DNA of 64,000 nucleotides, from assembly GCA_965208105.1 (NCBI GenBank), contig OZ242318.1:1856001-1920000 (forward strand). Direction: 5' to 3'. Positions within the stretch are counted from its first letter, which is position 1; every line of letters begins with the position of its first letter. The stretch comes from Candidatus Latescibacterota bacterium. Its GTDB lineage: Bacteria; Latescibacterota; UBA2968; UBA8231. The notes beneath the pieces were generated by a model that did no database searches, was not told the origin of the DNA, and saw nothing but the letters and a program-made list of their open reading frames with translations. Position numbers and translations under genes: made by a program. Below, piece after piece: positions 18,997 through 30,018 of this stretch.

Positions 18997-19443
18997 TCAG
19001 CAGCTCCGAGTCCTCTGCCTGCCGAACTTTTTCAGGGTCTCTTCGAACACCCGGCGCATACTCGTCCTGGCCAGGCCGAGCTGCGTCCCTTCCACCAGTG
19101 CCTTTTCCATCAGCTTGCGAACGATATTCAGCCGCTCTTCGGCGCTCATGGAGACCCCCTTTTCAGCGACGTATGTCCCCAGACCGCGCCTTTTGTAGAT
19201 GACCCCCTCGCGCTCCAATTCCAGGTAGGCGCGAGCGACTGTGTTCGGGTTGATCAGCTGGGCGCTGGCCAGGGTTCGCACCGAGGGCAGTTCGTCGCCG
19301 GCTTTGAGGGTGCCAGTGGCAATGCGGTACTTGATCTGCTCGATCAGTTGCAGATAAATCGGCACTCCCCCTGTGGTTTCGAGGCGCAGATGCAGCGCGT
19401 CACCTCCGCGTGCGAACTCGCTTTTCCCGCTTCTATCCATCAA
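18997..19443 (-). CDS. GntR family transcriptional regulator, YtrA subfamily
   Basis: PIYLQLIEQIK..I..G.L..GDELPSVR.LA....INPNTVARAY.ELEREG......GLGTYV with a short C-terminal domain. Exact start uncertain. Confidence 0.92.
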   Translation of the reverse strand: MMDRSGKSEFARGGDALHLRLETTGGVPIYLQLIEQIKYRIATGTLKAGDELPSVRTLASAQLINPNTVARAYLELEREGVIYKRRGLGTYVAEKGVSMSAEERLNIVRKLMEKALVEGTQLGLARTSMRRVFEETLKKFGRQRTRSC

Positions 19444-19488
19444 GGCCCCCAGGGCGGAAAGGTCTCCCAGTACAAAACAAGTGATTCA

Positions 19489-19510
19489 CTGTATTAATTC
19501 ATTAATACAG
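19489..19510. promoter_or_regulatory. YtrA-type GntR operator palindrome
   Basis: Perfect inverted repeat CTGTATTAAT-TC-ATTAATACAG just downstream of the -10 box of the gntR promoter. Confidence 0.85.
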
Positions 19511-19517
19511 CGAATGT

Positions 19518-19546
19518 AGTATAGTGCTATGGCCAAGCCTTGTCAA
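19518..19546 (-). promoter_or_regulatory. Sigma70 promoter of gntR
   Basis: Minus strand TTGACA-17 bp-TATACT. Confidence 0.82.
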
Positions 19547-19803
19547 GCTTTTTGGCAAAGCTGCCATGGCGAGAGTTCTCCATCAAGTGGTAGAAATCGA
19601 GCCAGGAACGATACTGGGGACGGCAAAACCTAGGACATCATGAGATTTTCACGAGCCAGTGGCTGTAATTCGCCGGAGTCGGAAAAATTCCGCCCCAGTC
19701 GGACAGCCGAAGGGGGCAGGGGCAATGGAGTTGCCCAAGGCGTTTAGCCGCGGGTGTGCGGGCCGTTGTCATTCTCCGATCCGGCTTTTGTCTGGTCATG
19801 CGT

Positions 19804-20913
19804 CTAGCCGCGGCTGCGCGGACCGTTCAGCATGGTCCCGATCAGAGTATAGCGCACTACCAGTTGATAGACGCCGAGGAGAATGGCTGCGGCCGCGGCG
19901 CAGATCAGCGCCACTTTCAGGTGGACGTTGACGGACCGGCTCACAACCAGCATCTGTCCGCCGATCACCAGGGGCAAATGCCACAGGTACATCCAGTAGG
20001 ACGCATCCGATACGTAGCGCACCCAGTATCTCTCCCGGGCCGCGACGCAGCGGAAGAGCCCCATCAGTCCGAAGCACATGGCCCAGGTGAAGGCAACCCG
20101 AAGTACGGTGGATACCGCCCTGGCCCCTTCCATCTTCTCCCCCGGTGGCGGTTCGACATGAAGGAAGATCAAACCGGCGGGAAAGATCAGGATCAGGGCC
20201 GGGATGAGGGCGGCGGACCACCAGCGCCGCACGGCGATTTTGCGGCGGTTGAAGAATACCCCGAAAAGGAAGAAAATCAGGTAGTAGGCAAACACCTGGG
20301 GGGTCGGCATCAGGCCAACCGGCCTGTCGGCGCCGAAAACAGGCTCGTGCATGAGGTGCTGGGGCACCAGGGTGAGAGGGACGAGGAGCCACCAGAGGGT
20401 ATGGCGAAACTCGAGGCCCGCGCGGGCCGCGATGCTGAGCGCCGCCGCCATCAGCAGAAGATGCCAGAGGAACCACAAGTGTGCGAATCCCCCGAACCAG
20501 GCAACCGGCCAGTAGGTCAGCCTGAAGGCGCTGCCCATGAAGAGCCAGACAGTGATCGGGATGACCGTGAACATCCCCACCAGCAGAGGGATTCCGATGC
20601 GCCTGAGCCGGTGCCGCCACAGGCGGCGCAACCCGCGCGACTCCCACAGCATGCCCGAGAAGAATCCGCTGAGGAGGAAAAACAAGGGCATGCGGAAGCC
20701 GTGGATCACCGCGATGAGATATCCGTAAGGGTTCTTCGCAGGTTCCACCGAGTATCCCCATTTGTCGTGCACCGGCCAGAATTCGGCACCGGGCAGGAGG
20801 AAGATGGCGGCGTGCAGCACGATGCCCAGCAGCATGGCGAAGGCGCGCAGGGCGTCCAGGTCGTGCAGTCTGTTCCCGGGATCCCTGGAGTGTGACACCT
20901 CTTCACTTCTCAT
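19804..20913 (-). CDS. Acyltransferase family 3 (OpgC/MdoC-like) membrane protein
   Basis: RLHDLDALRAFAMLLGIVLH, HGFRMPLFFLLSGFF, HLWFLW, SDASYWMYLWHLP. Confidence 0.9.
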   Translation of the reverse strand: MRSEEVSHSRDPGNRLHDLDALRAFAMLLGIVLHAAIFLLPGAEFWPVHDKWGYSVEPAKNPYGYLIAVIHGFRMPLFFLLSGFFSGMLWESRGLRRLWRHRLRRIGIPLLVGMFTVIPITVWLFMGSAFRLTYWPVAWFGGFAHLWFLWHLLLMAAALSIAARAGLEFRHTLWWLLVPLTLVPQHLMHEPVFGADRPVGLMPTPQVFAYYLIFFLFGVFFNRRKIAVRRWWSAALIPALILIFPAGLIFLHVEPPPGEKMEGARAVSTVLRVAFTWAMCFGLMGLFRCVAARERYWVRYVSDASYWMYLWHLPLVIGGQMLVVSRSVNVHLKVALICAAAAAILLGVYQLVVRYTLIGTMLNGPRSRG

Positions 20914-20949
20914 AATCCTGAAAGTGGTCCTGGGGACGGCTCCTGGGCC

Positions 20950-21861
20950 TCAGGGGATCCCCAGCCGCTCCCTGAGGGCCGCGTCGCCGTTCCCGCTCAA
21001 TTTCCAGTAGGGTTCGCGCAAGGTTTCGATCAGCCTGCCCCGGCCTCCCCGGGAGTCCTCCCAGGCCAGAATCCGGCGAGGGTATTCCTTCTCCACCCAG
21101 ACCGCTTTGGGTCCCTCGCCAGTATCCCAGCGCCAGGGGATGGCCTCGAAGGACCTCTCCCCTATCACAATGGTCTCCGTTCGCCCCTTGGTCAAACTCG
21201 CCCGGACGGTTTCGTGGGGGCGGTGCCGCTGGCGCAGGGACCAGAAGCTGGGAAGCAGCGCCACTTCGACCTCTTCCCCAGCCGCCATGATGGGACCTCG
21301 GAGCTCGCGAATGCGGATCAGCAAGTGGTCTTCGCTGGCGAAGTCCGGCGGCAGGGCCATCTGGTAGGAATGGCGCCCCTCCCTCTCGAAATAGCTGTTG
21401 AGCTGGCCCTCCAGTCGGCCCCCGCGCACCTGCGCTTCGTCGTATACGTGGCCGCACCACTCCTGGGCGCTGAGTGAAATTTTGCGCAACTCGAAGGGCT
21501 CGTCTCCCCCTCCCTCCACCGCGCTGAAAACCGAGGTCATTACGGCGTAGTCATAGATTCCGGTGGCAAACTTGAGCAGGTTGTTCAGCTTGAGGACGTA
21601 GATGCGGTCCCCGGGGGAAGTGCGTGGCGACTCGACCTTGATCAGGGTATTGCGGTTGATGTCCTCGGTTACGAAGATCAGCACCCCGTACCCCTGCCTC
21701 AACTGACCGTAGCGCGGCTGCACCACTTCGTAGCTGGATATCTCCGCCTTTCCGTCTCCCCAGTGGGCGTAGAAATCCTGGCCCTCGGCGGCAACGGCCA
21801 CCACGGCGCCTGAACAGGCGGCGGCCAGCCCCATCCCGATCATCGATACAAATCCCGTCAT
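20950..21861 (-). CDS. Conserved secreted hypothetical protein
   Basis: Signal peptide; F...WGDGKAEISSY....PRYG..R.G..VLIFVTED; LKLN....F.TGIYDY; QEWCGHVY; NSYFE.EG. Resembles a family recalled from Bacteroidota/Myxococcota of unknown function. Confidence 0.72.
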   Translation of the reverse strand: MTGFVSMIGMGLAAACSGAVVAVAAEGQDFYAHWGDGKAEISSYEVVQPRYGQLRQGYGVLIFVTEDINRNTLIKVESPRTSPGDRIYVLKLNNLLKFATGIYDYAVMTSVFSAVEGGGDEPFELRKISLSAQEWCGHVYDEAQVRGGRLEGQLNSYFEREGRHSYQMALPPDFASEDHLLIRIRELRGPIMAAGEEVEVALLPSFWSLRQRHRPHETVRASLTKGRTETIVIGERSFEAIPWRWDTGEGPKAVWVEKEYPRRILAWEDSRGGRGRLIETLREPYWKLSGNGDAALRERLGIP

Positions 21862-21958
21862 ATCTCTTCCTTTCAACGCGAACGAAGGAACCTCCATTTT
21901 GGTGATGCCACAACAGGCCTCCCGGTTTCCACGAGGGCGCCTTCGGAACCGCCGGCCC

Positions 21959-21976
21959 GCAGGAAATATTTCCTGC
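21959..21976. promoter_or_regulatory. Perfect 18-bp palindrome, candidate operator
   Basis: GCAGGAAATATTTCCTGC in the divergent intergenic region. Confidence 0.4.
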
Positions 21977-22174
21977 AGCGGGGCAGGCCACATATTGTTG
22001 GACTTGCTGACCTTCTGTCAATCCCGACAAACGAGGGAATGGCGGATCAATCAAAAATTCGCCCTTGCAAACATTTCTTTGGTGAAGCGAACATGCAGTG
22101 GGCGCGGCTCCGGTCCTCCTGCGGTAACTAGATATCGAAACAGGAGGTTATCAGATTCCCTCGGAAGAAATGTG

Positions 22175-22240
22175 TTGACTTGCCCGGGAGATGTCCTATA
22201 TTTGTAAGTGCAGCCAATCAGATGTTAGGTTGGTCAAACA
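22175..22240 (+). promoter_or_regulatory. feoAB promoter with candidate DtxR/IdeR-type box
   Basis: TTGACT-16 bp-TATATT, followed by imperfect palindrome TGTTAGG-TTGG-TCAAACA (22223-22240). Confidence 0.5.
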
Positions 22241-22369
22241 ATATGTTGCCGCGCCAAACACAGGTTTCTTTCGAATCGCACTCGCCGGAACCACGGGGGG
22301 TGCGCCACCAGGTCTGCCGCAAAGCGCAGCGTCGGAACCCCCATTTTCCCGCAATCCAGGAGGTCTGAT

Positions 22370-22702
22370 ATGGGTTTCTGGAAGCGCCCCGATGCACTGC
22401 GTCCCAGCAATATCTCCGATGCCATCCCCGGGCCCCTGTCCAACTGGCGCTGCGGCGCAGAAGCCGTGGTGACCGCGGTAACCGGGGCCTCCCGCTTCGC
22501 TTGCCGCCTGCGCGAAATCGGCGTGGTACCGGGCGTCCGCGTCCGCGTGCTGCGCACCGGTTCCAACCTCGTCATCCAGGTCGGAGAAGACCGATTCTGC
22601 ATGCGCCGCCGCGACGCCTTCGCCATTCAGGTATGTTCCGCCGGTTCACCTCTACCAGTCCCCACACTTCCTTCCAGCGCGATAGCCGTGGCAGTCAGCT
22701 GA
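22370..22702 (+). CDS. feoA: Ferrous iron transport protein A
   Basis: RLREIGVVPGVRVRVLR...LVIQVG...F.MRR.DA..I.V; SD AGGAGG; upstream of feoB. Confidence 0.85.
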   Translation: MGFWKRPDALRPSNISDAIPGPLSNWRCGAEAVVTAVTGASRFACRLREIGVVPGVRVRVLRTGSNLVIQVGEDRFCMRRRDAFAIQVCSAGSPLPVPTLPSSAIAVAVS

Positions 22703-22741
22703 AATTTTCCGTCGTGGCAGTACTTCCTGGAGTGCGGTGCC

Positions 22742-24964
22742 ATGGACGTTGGAGTGCAGCGAGCAATTTCCATCAAAACCCTGGCCCTCATCGGCAATCC
22801 CAACACCGGTAAGACCACACTCTTCAATGCCCTGACCGGACTGTCCCAGCAGGTAGGCAACTACCCCGGCGTCACCGTCGAGTACAAAGTCGGCAAGCTC
22901 AACCTGGAAGGAGGTCCCGAGGTGCAGGTTCTCGACCTGCCCGGGGCCTACAGCCTCTCCGCCCACTCCCCCGACGAGATGATCGCCGTCGACGTATTGA
23001 TGGGCAACCAGAAAGGCGCCGCACCGGTAGACGCCATCCTCGCAATCGTCGATTCCTGCAACCTCAACCGCAACCTCTACCTGGTCTCCCAGCTTGTTGA
23101 GACGGGCCTGCCTCTGATTATCGCCCTCAACATGACCGACCTGGCAAAGGCGCGCCGGATCCACATCGATGCGGACCGACTTGCCCGGCGCCTTGGCGTT
23201 CCCGTGGTTGCGGCCTGCGCCACCCGCGGCCACGGCGTGGAAGAGCTGCGCCGCACAATTGCCGGGGTGCTGAGCGGAGCCGAACCGGCCCTCGCCCGCA
23301 CCCGCCCGGACTTTCCGCTGGAGATGACCCGCCAGGTGGAAAAATTGACGGGCCACGCCATTCCCGCCGAAGGGGACGGTGAGCGCGTCCTCTCTCCTCC
23401 AGAGGCCTTTCGCGTCCTCGTGGATCGAGGCGGATACGCCGAACAGCGCATGTTGGATGTCCTTGGCCCCGCCTTCTCCGTGGAGCTGCACCAGATGCGC
23501 AGCCGCATCGGCAGCACCGATCCGCTCTCCGCCCTGGAAAGCGAATTCCGCTACTCATGGATTTCTCGACTGTTGGAAGGATGCGTGCAGCAGCCTGCCC
23601 AGCTCCGTCCCCGCCGCTCGGACAGGATCGACCGGGTGCTGACCCACAAGCTCTTGGGCACCCTGATCTTCGTTGCCGTGAATATGCTCGTGTTCGAGGC
23701 CATATACACCTGGTCCGGGCCCCTGATGGACCTCATCGATGCCTGCTTCGCCACCTTGGGCGGCTGGGTCGGCGCCGCCATTCCCGCAGGGGCCTTCCAC
23801 AGCCTGGTGGTGGACGGGGTGATCGCCGGGGTCGGAGGGGTGCTCATCTTCCTTCCCCAGATCGCCATCCTCTTCCTTTTTCTCTCCCTGCTGGCCGACT
23901 GCGGCTACATGGCGCGCGCCGCCTTCCTGATGGACCGGCTGCTCACCCGCTGCGGCCTGTCGGGCAAATCCTTCATCCCCCTGGTCTCCAGCTTTGCCTG
24001 CGCCGTGCCCGGGATCATGGCCACTCGCACCATCGAGGACCGCCGCGACCGCTTCGCCACCATCCTGGTTGCGCCGCTGATGAGCTGCTCCGCCCGCCTG
24101 CCGGTCTATATCATCCTCATAGCGGCATTCGTCCCGGACCGCCCGCTGCTTGGCACCTGGATCAGCCTTCAGGGGTTCACCCTTCTGGCCATGTACGGAG
24201 TCGGCGCCCTCGTGGCCGTTCCGGTAGCCTGGCTTCTGAAGAAAACACTGCTCAAGGGGGAGCCTCCTCCCTTCCTGCTGGAGCTGCCTTCCTACAAGTG
24301 GCCCAATCCGCTCACCGTGGGCCTCAAGGTATACCAGAGCGCCAGGGCCTTCGTGGTCCGCGCCGGCAGCATCATCCTGGCCACCACCATCGTCATGTGG
24401 GCCCTGGCCTACTTCCCGCGGCCGGGTGCCATCCTCGAGCATTACGAGGGCATGCGCTCCGAGGCCATCGCCGCCCACCACGGCGAGGCAAGAGAGGATG
24501 CGCTGCTTGCGATCGACAGGGAGGAAGCGGCCATCCTACTCGAGAGGAGCTACCTGGGACAGGCCGGCCACTACATCGAGCCGGTGGTGCACCCCCTCGG
24601 CTGGGACTGGCGCATCGGAATGGCGACCCTCGCCTCCTTTCCGGCGCGCGAGGTCATCATCTCCGTCCTCGGCACCATCTACAGCCTCGGGGGCGAGGAG
24701 GACGAAACCTCGGAGGACCTGCGCCAGGCAATGCGCAATGCGACCTGGGAGGACGGAAGCCCCATCTTTTCCATCCCCGTTGCCCTCTCGATCATGGTAT
24801 TCTTCGCACTTTGTGCCCAGTGTCTCTCCACCCTGGTGATCATCCAGCGAGAAACCCGCTCATGGGGATGGGCAGCCTTCACCTTCAGCTACATGACCCT
24901 GCTTGCCTACGCGGGGGCCTTTGTCACCTACCAGGGCGCAATGTTCCTCGGATTGGGTGGTTGA
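22742..24964 (+). CDS. feoB: Ferrous iron transport protein B
   Basis: GNPNTGKTT, NYPGVTVE, DLPGAYSL, LNMTD, GYMARAAFLMD, CAVPGIMATRTI, SCSARLPVY, LELPSY. Confidence 0.97.
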   Translation: MDVGVQRAISIKTLALIGNPNTGKTTLFNALTGLSQQVGNYPGVTVEYKVGKLNLEGGPEVQVLDLPGAYSLSAHSPDEMIAVDVLMGNQKGAAPVDAILAIVDSCNLNRNLYLVSQLVETGLPLIIALNMTDLAKARRIHIDADRLARRLGVPVVAACATRGHGVEELRRTIAGVLSGAEPALARTRPDFPLEMTRQVEKLTGHAIPAEGDGERVLSPPEAFRVLVDRGGYAEQRMLDVLGPAFSVELHQMRSRIGSTDPLSALESEFRYSWISRLLEGCVQQPAQLRPRRSDRIDRVLTHKLLGTLIFVAVNMLVFEAIYTWSGPLMDLIDACFATLGGWVGAAIPAGAFHSLVVDGVIAGVGGVLIFLPQIAILFLFLSLLADCGYMARAAFLMDRLLTRCGLSGKSFIPLVSSFACAVPGIMATRTIEDRRDRFATILVAPLMSCSARLPVYIILIAAFVPDRPLLGTWISLQGFTLLAMYGVGALVAVPVAWLLKKTLLKGEPPPFLLELPSYKWPNPLTVGLKVYQSARAFVVRAGSIILATTIVMWALAYFPRPGAILEHYEGMRSEAIAAHHGEAREDALLAIDREEAAILLERSYLGQAGHYIEPVVHPLGWDWRIGMATLASFPAREVIISVLGTIYSLGGEEDETSEDLRQAMRNATWEDGSPIFSIPVALSIMVFFALCAQCLSTLVIIQRETRSWGWAAFTFSYMTLLAYAGAFVTYQGAMFLGLGG

Positions 24965-24973
24965 AAGGTTGCC

Positions 24974-25156
24974 ATGGACTGGCAGACCACGGCAGCCATC
25001 GCCATTGTCCTGGCAAGCGCGGCGTTGGTGGCGCGCCACATGCTGCGACCCTTCCTGAATGGTCGGAACCGGCCGTCCGCGGACGACGGCCCGGGCGGCG
25101 CTGGGCAGGACCGGGAAGAACTGGTGCAGATATCCCCTGCCGACGATTCCTCCTGA
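24974..25156 (+). CDS. Small FeoB-associated membrane protein
   Basis: MDWQ + one TM helix + ELVQI tail, directly after feoB; no cysteines. Confidence 0.65.
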   Translation: MDWQTTAAIAIVLASAALVARHMLRPFLNGRNRPSADDGPGGAGQDREELVQISPADDSS

Positions 25157-25192
25157 GGGGTCCCGCCTTATCCTTTCCTCAATTCGGGGGTC

Positions 25193-27302
<2,110 letters not shown>

Positions 27303-27788
27303 CTATTTCCCCGGCGCGAATCTTTCCTTGAGCCTGCGCGCCACGCAGGGTGGCACGAACTGGTCTACCTCTCCTCCCATCTCGGCGATCTGGCGCACCA
27401 CCGACGAACTCAGGTACATAAAATCCGACCGGGTCATGAGAAAAACCGTGTCGAACTCCGGCCAAAGACTGCGATTGGTCAGGGCCATGGCGAACTCGTT
27501 CTCGAAATCGGTCACCGCCCTCAGCCCGCGCACGGCAATGCGTATTCCGCTGGACCGGGCATAGTCCACGATCAGCCCCTCGGTCCGATCCACCTCCACC
27601 TGGGGCCAGTCGCGGGTGGCCTCGAGAATCATCTCCATGTTTTCCTCGGGGGTAAACAGGGACTGCTTGTGGGGATTGACGGCCATGAGCACGGTGACGC
27701 GATCGAAGACATCGAGTGCGCGCTCGATGATATTCAGGTGCCCGTAGGTAATCGGGTCGAAGCTTCCGGGATAGAAGGCGGCTTCCAC
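27303..27788 (-). CDS. coaD: Pantetheine-phosphate adenylyltransferase
   Basis: YPGSFDPITYGHLNII, RGLRAVTDFENE, LSSSVVR. Confidence 0.97.
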   Translation of the reverse strand: MEAAFYPGSFDPITYGHLNIIERALDVFDRVTVLMAVNPHKQSLFTPEENMEMILEATRDWPQVEVDRTEGLIVDYARSSGIRIAVRGLRAVTDFENEFAMALTNRSLWPEFDTVFLMTRSDFMYLSSSVVRQIAEMGGEVDQFVPPCVARRLKERFAPGK

Positions 27789-27799
27789 TGTAGCCCTCC

Positions 27800-28936
27800 T
27801 TAGCGGACTAAAACGTCAACTGCGGTGTAGAGACGGGCACGGCGCGAACTCCTGCCCACCGGCACCACCACCATCTCGCCCAGGGCCAGGCGCGCGCCGG
27901 CCTGCTCGAAAGTCTGCAGGAAAGCGCCGATCTGCCGGTAGGATCCGCTTGCCCACATCTTCTGCCGATGCTGGCCCTGGGACGCCGGCGAGTCTGCCAT
28001 AATGGGCTCCTCCACGGCCACCGCCCCCAGACCGCTTGCCCTTGCCCAGATGGCAACCTTGCGGAACATCGACTTGGCCTCGGTGGAGGAGAGTGGCTCC
28101 AGCCTCCCCGCGTCCTCTGCGGCGATATGGCCCTTCATGGCAAATTTGTATCTATTGCTTTGCTCTTCCCGACCCTTGTTGCAGAGCCAGGACAGCTCTG
28201 CCCTGGAGGGCAGTTGATTCAAGGTGTCCAGGAACAACTCGGCCAGCTCCTGAGAAGAGCTGGACCCTTCGATAATGTACTCCCCCGAGGCATTGCTGAT
28301 GAGGGCGGTAAAACGCATGCCGGACGGCACGCGCCCAAAGAGCCTGAAAGCCTCCATGCACACCTCGCTCAACCGCGGGGTGCGCCCAAAATCCCTGCGG
28401 ACCCCCTCCCCTTCCACTGCCATGTGGGCTGGTTCAGACGCCTTCTCCGCCTGGCCGGCCCCCGGCGGCTGGGGAGGGACTGGAGCCTCCTTCGATTCCT
28501 GCGGCTTCTCGGAGTCCCCTGCCGTCTCATCCTCCGTAGGTACGGTTTGCTCCGCCGGGGCCTCGACAGCATCGACGGACGCCCTTTTCTCCAGAGGATC
28601 GGCCGTCCCAGCCAACTCTTGCGACTTCTCCGCCTCCGCCGCCATCAGCACCGGGGGAACCTCCTTCACCCCTCGGGCATTTCCCTCGCCGGGTTCCTCG
28701 GCCTCCTTCCCTTCCCCTGGTACCAATGCAGGAAGACCACCCTGACCCCCGCCTGCCTGAAGATCCTCGCCGGGGGCACCGGCAAAAAGATCGTTCAAGG
28801 CCTCGTGGAGGGGAAAGCGCTGATCGACCCAGTAAATGCCCGTGAGCAGGAGAGCGGCCGCAAGCAGACCGATAGCTGCCACCAGGATGCGGCGGCGGTA
28901 GCCTTTGCGCCCGGAGAGCAGTCGGATGCGGATCAT
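27800..28936 (-). CDS. Bitopic membrane protein, probable PilN/PilO-like alignment protein
   Basis: N-terminal TM, acidic/Pro linker, PilN-like segment (VPSGMRFTALIS...IIEGSSSSQ..AE.FL..L), PilO-like end (ASGSYRQIGAFLQTFE); coupled to pilM-like gene. Confidence 0.55.
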   Translation of the reverse strand: MIRIRLLSGRKGYRRRILVAAIGLLAAALLLTGIYWVDQRFPLHEALNDLFAGAPGEDLQAGGGQGGLPALVPGEGKEAEEPGEGNARGVKEVPPVLMAAEAEKSQELAGTADPLEKRASVDAVEAPAEQTVPTEDETAGDSEKPQESKEAPVPPQPPGAGQAEKASEPAHMAVEGEGVRRDFGRTPRLSEVCMEAFRLFGRVPSGMRFTALISNASGEYIIEGSSSSQELAELFLDTLNQLPSRAELSWLCNKGREEQSNRYKFAMKGHIAAEDAGRLEPLSSTEAKSMFRKVAIWARASGLGAVAVEEPIMADSPASQGQHRQKMWASGSYRQIGAFLQTFEQAGARLALGEMVVVPVGRSSRRARLYTAVDVLVR

Positions 28937-29844
28937 CTCCCGGCCAGTCCCCTGTAGGCGAGTCCGGCCGCCACCGCGAACTCGGAGCCGTTAGCCAGCA
29001 GGGACTGCTGCGCTCCCTGGCAACGGTCGGAAGAGAGGTTTCGAAACGGGTCGAGCAACGCGCTACTGGCGGAGTAGCGATCCGCCAGTTCAGCTTCCCG
29101 CCAATCTGAGCCCCCGGTAAGATCCGCAACCCAGAAGCGCTGGGGATCTTCACCGCCATTTTCCTCTCCCAGCAGGGCGTCGATGCATTTCACCACCGCC
29201 TCGATTGGGGCCTCGTGTTTCTCTTCGGGGAAGGACCGGATCAATACCTCGGCCAATTCACCGTCGCGCACGAGAAGGATTTGGATCTCGATGCGGGACA
29301 GACCGACGATAACCTCCAGTTTCTCCACGGGCCCTGGCCTGGAAGCCTCCAGGGCATTGTGGAGAGCAAAAGGTACAATATCCAATTCAGGCGAATCGAA
29401 GCCGGCCTGACGGCTGAACTCCAGGTAGCGGTCCAGGACCCTGCGATGGACCGCTACCACGTAGCCCCACTCTCGTCCCAGTACGGAATCGATGCCGTAG
29501 TCAGCGGGGTCCCCCGACAGGAACTGGCCCGCCTCCCAGAGGAGGTTTTCCCGATTGATCTTGACACCGGCCCCTTCCACCAGGGGCCAACGCTTGAGAT
29601 GGAACTCACCCCTGCCCAGGGCGATACAGGTATTTGCAAATCTCAGGCCAAGGTCCCTCGACGCCTGCCGCAGCACTCCCCGCAATTCCTTTCCCAGGTC
29701 GGGGCTGGCCAGTTCGGCGCGAAAGACGGCTCGCAACTCGACCGCCCTTCCGGATCTGCCCAGCTCGACAATGTGGAGGAGGCCGTCTCCGATATGAACA
29801 CCTGTGGCTCTCTTTTTACCCATGCCGAACACGGCAACATCCAA
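28933..29844 (-). CDS. pilM: Type IV pilus assembly PilM-like protein (divergent)
   Basis: TGVHIGDG.LHIVEL, WEAGQFL, LDIVPFALHNA, LLDPF, FAVAAGLAYRG. Confidence 0.75.
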   Translation of the reverse strand: MDVAVFGMGKKRATGVHIGDGLLHIVELGRSGRAVELRAVFRAELASPDLGKELRGVLRQASRDLGLRFANTCIALGRGEFHLKRWPLVEGAGVKINRENLLWEAGQFLSGDPADYGIDSVLGREWGYVVAVHRRVLDRYLEFSRQAGFDSPELDIVPFALHNALEASRPGPVEKLEVIVGLSRIEIQILLVRDGELAEVLIRSFPEEKHEAPIEAVVKCIDALLGEENGGEDPQRFWVADLTGGSDWREAELADRYSASSALLDPFRNLSSDRCQGAQQSLLANGSEFAVAAGLAYRGLAGR

Positions 29845-29851
29845 CTTTCGC

Positions 29852-30018
29852 TAGGGTTTCGTTGCAGAGATAGGTTGACGCAATTGGGCCGCCGAGGCGG
29901 CCAGGCTCACAAGGCGCCTGAGCGAGTCGTACCAGTGGTGTACGGCGAGTGAAGGCAACGCCGTGAGCCGGGATGGATCGGTGGAATAATGGCGACATAA
30001 TTCTGCGACGGGGCACTA
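29852..30018 (+). repeat. Palindromic MITE-like repeat, copy 1 (167 bp, TA-flanked)
   Basis: Ends TAGGGTTTCGTTGCAGA / TCTGCGACGGGGCACTA pair using G.T wobbles; core nearly identical to 57381-57452; right end supplies the comEA stop codon. Confidence 0.85.

Noticed and set aside
19489-19510. CTGT...ACAG as a LexA SOS box
   Set aside because: The spacer is 14 bp rather than 8, and the position fits YtrA autoregulation.
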